Under the pieces are notes generated by a model. That model was not told the DNA's origin. It did no database searches and saw only the letters and a program-made list of their open reading frames with translations. The translations under genes were made by a program, and so were the position numbers. From Takakia lepidozioides (taxonomy: Eukaryota; Plantae; Bryophyta), in the NCBI GenBank assembly GCA_030704615.1, contig CM060731.1, positions 24,490,001-24,554,000 of the forward strand: a DNA stretch of 64,000 bases, in the 5' to 3' direction. Each line of letters begins with the position of its first letter. Position 1 is the stretch's first letter. Shown one piece after another: positions 62,658 through 64,000 of this stretch.

Positions 62658-64000
62658 TCTTAGAGGACTGTCTGGGACTTAGACACTTATACGGGATCTG
62701 TGGGGTACCCTTAATTTTTGCACAGACTGAGACCAACAGGAGCCTTAGGGGTGACAACAGCGCACTTTAGGGGGGGGTGACACAGCCCGTCACAGCCGAC
62801 ACAGCCAGACACAGTCAACACAGCCCGTCACAGCCAACACAGTCGACACAGCCAGACACAGTCAACACAGCCCGTCACAGCCAACACAGCCGACACAGCC
62901 GACACAGTCAACACAGCTCGTCACAGCCGACACATCCCATCACAGCCAACATAGCCCGTCACAGCCCGTCACAGTTTCACACAGTCAGTCACAGCTTGAC
63001 ACAGCTGTCACGACCATAGGGAACGGATAGCCGAACAGGGAACGACTGTGGGGAACAACACCTGCGAATGGAACATGTTAGTTCATGGACGACGGTTAGT
63101 GAGGGAAACGGTTAGACAACGGGTAGGAAGATAAAGCTAGAAGCAAGGACTGAAAGGGGGATCATTCTTGGAGCACTTCGGGGGGGGGGGGGAATCACTG
63201 CTGGAAGGAGTGGGAATGAGCACTTCTTGGAGAGACTTCGGACAGCACTGGGGGAAAGGAGGAGAGAGTGTATCTCTGAGCAGAAAGATGGAGAGCACGG
63301 AGTAGGAGGAGGATCTGTTGATGCTTAATGAATGCAGGCAGTAGGGTTGTAATGTAGAGCAGATTAGAGACTCCATGGCTTCAGCCTGATACTTGATAGA
63401 TATTAATCTGATACACACCTCATACTCACACTGTGTAGAGAGATCTGAGTGAAGCTGTGGAATGAATTGATGAGTTGATGGAATCCGATAAATTGATGAA
63501 GCAAACTGATACTTAATTACCAGCAGTAAGGTAACTAGCTAACATGAATGCGGGAAGGAAAACAAATAGGAAACACCCCCATGATACACTAGCTGTAGGT
63601 CATGACTGATTGTTCTGAGCGGGCTGAGTACTTAGCGATTTCCAACTCTTCTATCTTGGAGTTTCCGCCTCGGATAGTGAAGGGATGGGTGAGTAAAAGC
63701 CGCGCGACATTTGGCGACCATACTGGGGATCTGGGTCATGAACAACCAGATGTGACAGGCATCTGGTGGGATCATGGTGGATGGAGAATTAAAGAATTTG
63801 ATGTGAATCAAATCCTTGTGAAACGAGAAGGAAAGATTGTCCAAACGATTCTTCCAGAGGTTTTTGGAATTGCCAGACGGTTGTAAAAAGAAAACATTCT
63901 TAAGAGAGTGCATGATGCTGACCCAGAGTGGGGTCTGGAGAAAGGAGTGATAAAGATTTATCAGGTGGCCTGTAGAGGAAGAGCACGTTGGTTACCAACA
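62658..64000 (+). mobile_element. Second copy of the Athila/Tat-like gypsy (5' LTR region and extra ORF), inserted in the element E gene
   Basis: Colinear with 42016 to about 43275. Confidence 0.9.

Overview
Eukaryotic, intron-containing window made almost entirely of nested transposons. Many CAG>TAG and CGA>TGA stops fit a plant-type methylome; a bryophyte or other non-seed plant is a guess. No ordinary host gene is recognisable. The main signal is a family of large Mutator-like (MULE) DNA transposons with short ~21-bp TIRs (approx. GGGGG(A/C)TGCTA-N4-(A/G)TGAGC) and 8-bp TSDs. Each carries two head-to-head genes: (i) a GCM-like/MULE-DDE/SWIM transposase and (ii) a multi-exon gene fusing a ParB/Sulfiredoxin-like domain (DGNHR) to a beta-class N6/N4 DNA-methyltransferase-like domain with a conserved non-canonical DIPDG motif. 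Each family member is studded with its own palindrome built on a shared CG-N4-CG core, largely in non-coding DNA and often spaced near whole helical turns. This resembles a self-recognition system of the parS/ParB or VANDAL/VANC type. Element A (2128-18906, nearly intact) sits inside the MTase domain of element B (724-29570), which sits in a chromovirus LTR. Fragments of further members occur at about 41.5-49.3 kb and 58.8-62.7 kb. Separately, the window holds degenerate copies of a Ty3/gypsy retrotransposon with a DNMT3-like C5-methyltransferase between protease and RT plus a PHD finger after integrase. It also contains two copies of an Athila/Tat-like gypsy with an extra 5' ORF, a non-autonomous CACTA element, inversions, tandem arrays and a probable assembly duplication around a 500-N gap.
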